This document shows positions 62,845 through 64,000 of a DNA stretch of 64,000 nucleotides, piece after piece; within the stretch, counting starts at the first letter, position 1; each line of letters opens with the position of its first letter. A model generated the notes under the pieces. It had not been told where the DNA came from. It saw only the letters and a program-made list of their open reading frames with translations, and did not search any database. This stretch comes from Hemiscyllium ocellatum (taxonomy: Eukaryota): positions 1 to 64,000 of the forward strand of contig NW_026867470.1 of NCBI RefSeq assembly GCF_020745735.1. Direction: 5' to 3'. The position numbers were made by a program, and so were the translations under genes.

Positions 62845-64000
62845 GGTCAGTACTGAGGGAGTGCCACACTGTTGGAGGGTCAGTGATACGTTAGTGTTGC
62901 ACTGTCAGAGGATCTGTACTGAAGAAAAGCTGCACTGTCAGATTGTCAATACTGAAGGATTGCTGGACTGTCAGAGGGTCAGTACTGAGGGAGTGCTGCA
63001 CTGTCAGAGGGTCAGTATTGAGGGAGCACTATTGAGGGAATGCCACCCTGTCAGAGGTTCTGTAGTGAGGGAGTGTGACACTGTCAAAGGGTCAGTACAG
63101 AGGGAGTGCAATACTGTCAAGGGTCAGTGCTGAGGAGGCGCTGCACTGTTAGAGGGTCAGTACTGTGGGTCCATTGGAATGTCAGAGGGTGAGAATGGAT
63201 GGAATACCGCACTGTCAGAGTTTCATTACAGTGCAGTGCCACACTGTCAGAGAGTCACTACTGGGGGAGTGCTTCTCTGTCAGAGGGGCAGTACCGAGAG
63301 AGTGTCACACTGTTAGAGGGTCAGTACTGAGGGAATGCTGCACTGAAATGGTGCAGGACAGAGGGATTGCCGCACTGTCAGAGTGGCAGCACAGAGGGAG
63401 TGCTAAACTGTCAGAGGGTCAGTACTGAGGGAGTGCCGCACTGTTGGAAGGTCAGTCCTGAGGAAGTGCTGCGCTGTGGGAGGACCAGTACAGAGGGAGT
63501 GCAGCACTATGGAACGTCAGTACTGAGTTAATATTGAACAGAGGGTCAGTACCGAGGGAGTGCTGCACTGTCAAAGGGTCAGTACTGAGGGAGTGGCACA
63601 CTGTCAGGGAGTGAGTAATGAGGGAGTGCCACACTGTTGGTTGGTCAGTACTGTGGGTGTATCGGAATGTCGGAGGGTCAGAAGGGAGGGAATACCGCAC
63701 TGTCAGAGTTTCATTACAGTGCAGTGCCAAACTGTCAGAGTGTCACTACTGGGGGAGTGCTTCTCTGACAGAGGGGCAGTACTGAGGGAGTGTCACACTG
63801 TCAGAGGGTCAGTACTGAGAGAGTGTCACACTGTCAGAGGGTCAGTACGAATGGAGTGCTGCACTGTCGGAGGGTCAGAAGTGAGGAAACTCCACACTGT
63901 CAGAGTGTCAGCATAGACAGAGTGCTGCACTGTCAGAGGATCAGTATTGAGTGTGTGCTGCACTGTTAAAGGGTCAGTACTGGAGGAGTGCAGCACTGTC
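62845..64000. repeat. About 33-bp satellite array, runs off the right edge
   Basis: Monomer ACTGAGGGAGTGCTGCACTGTCAGAGGGTCAGT repeated with variants. Confidence 0.92.

Noticed and set aside
62708-63916. Cys/His-rich repetitive ORFs resembling zinc-finger or metallothionein proteins; regular repeats resembling CRISPR
   Set aside because: They are translations of the 33-bp satellite. There are no unique spacers, no cas genes, and the context is vertebrate.

Overview
Cartilaginous-fish (shark-type) genomic DNA. The window holds one complete IgM heavy-chain cluster on the minus strand, about 11.3-32.8 kb: leader, VH, D/J, Cmu1-Cmu4 with secretory tailpiece, TM1 and TM2. All exons have GT/AG boundaries and compatible phases. 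It sits among decayed CR1-type LINEs, tRNA-derived V/HE1-type SINEs, Penelope-like elements (PLEs) and tandem repeats. Main observations: (1) The cluster looks pre-rearranged to VD-DJ. V runs directly into a D-like 13-mer plus a 22-bp-spacer RSS, and J is preceded by only 5 nt plus a 12-bp-spacer RSS. One join remains, and a precise join gives in-frame CAR-YYSGYI-WGQG. (2) An unannotated in-frame 90-nt CxxC-encoding cassette exon lies between Cmu4 and TM1. (3) An octamer plus a PU.1/IRF-like site sits just upstream of the DJ RSS. (4) Several short fold-back PLE insertions are flanked by target-site duplications and centred on hammerhead-ribozyme motifs. Most other ORF-track entries are repeat-derived or spurious. 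Repeat boundaries are approximate because they were read by eye. Species cannot be determined here.
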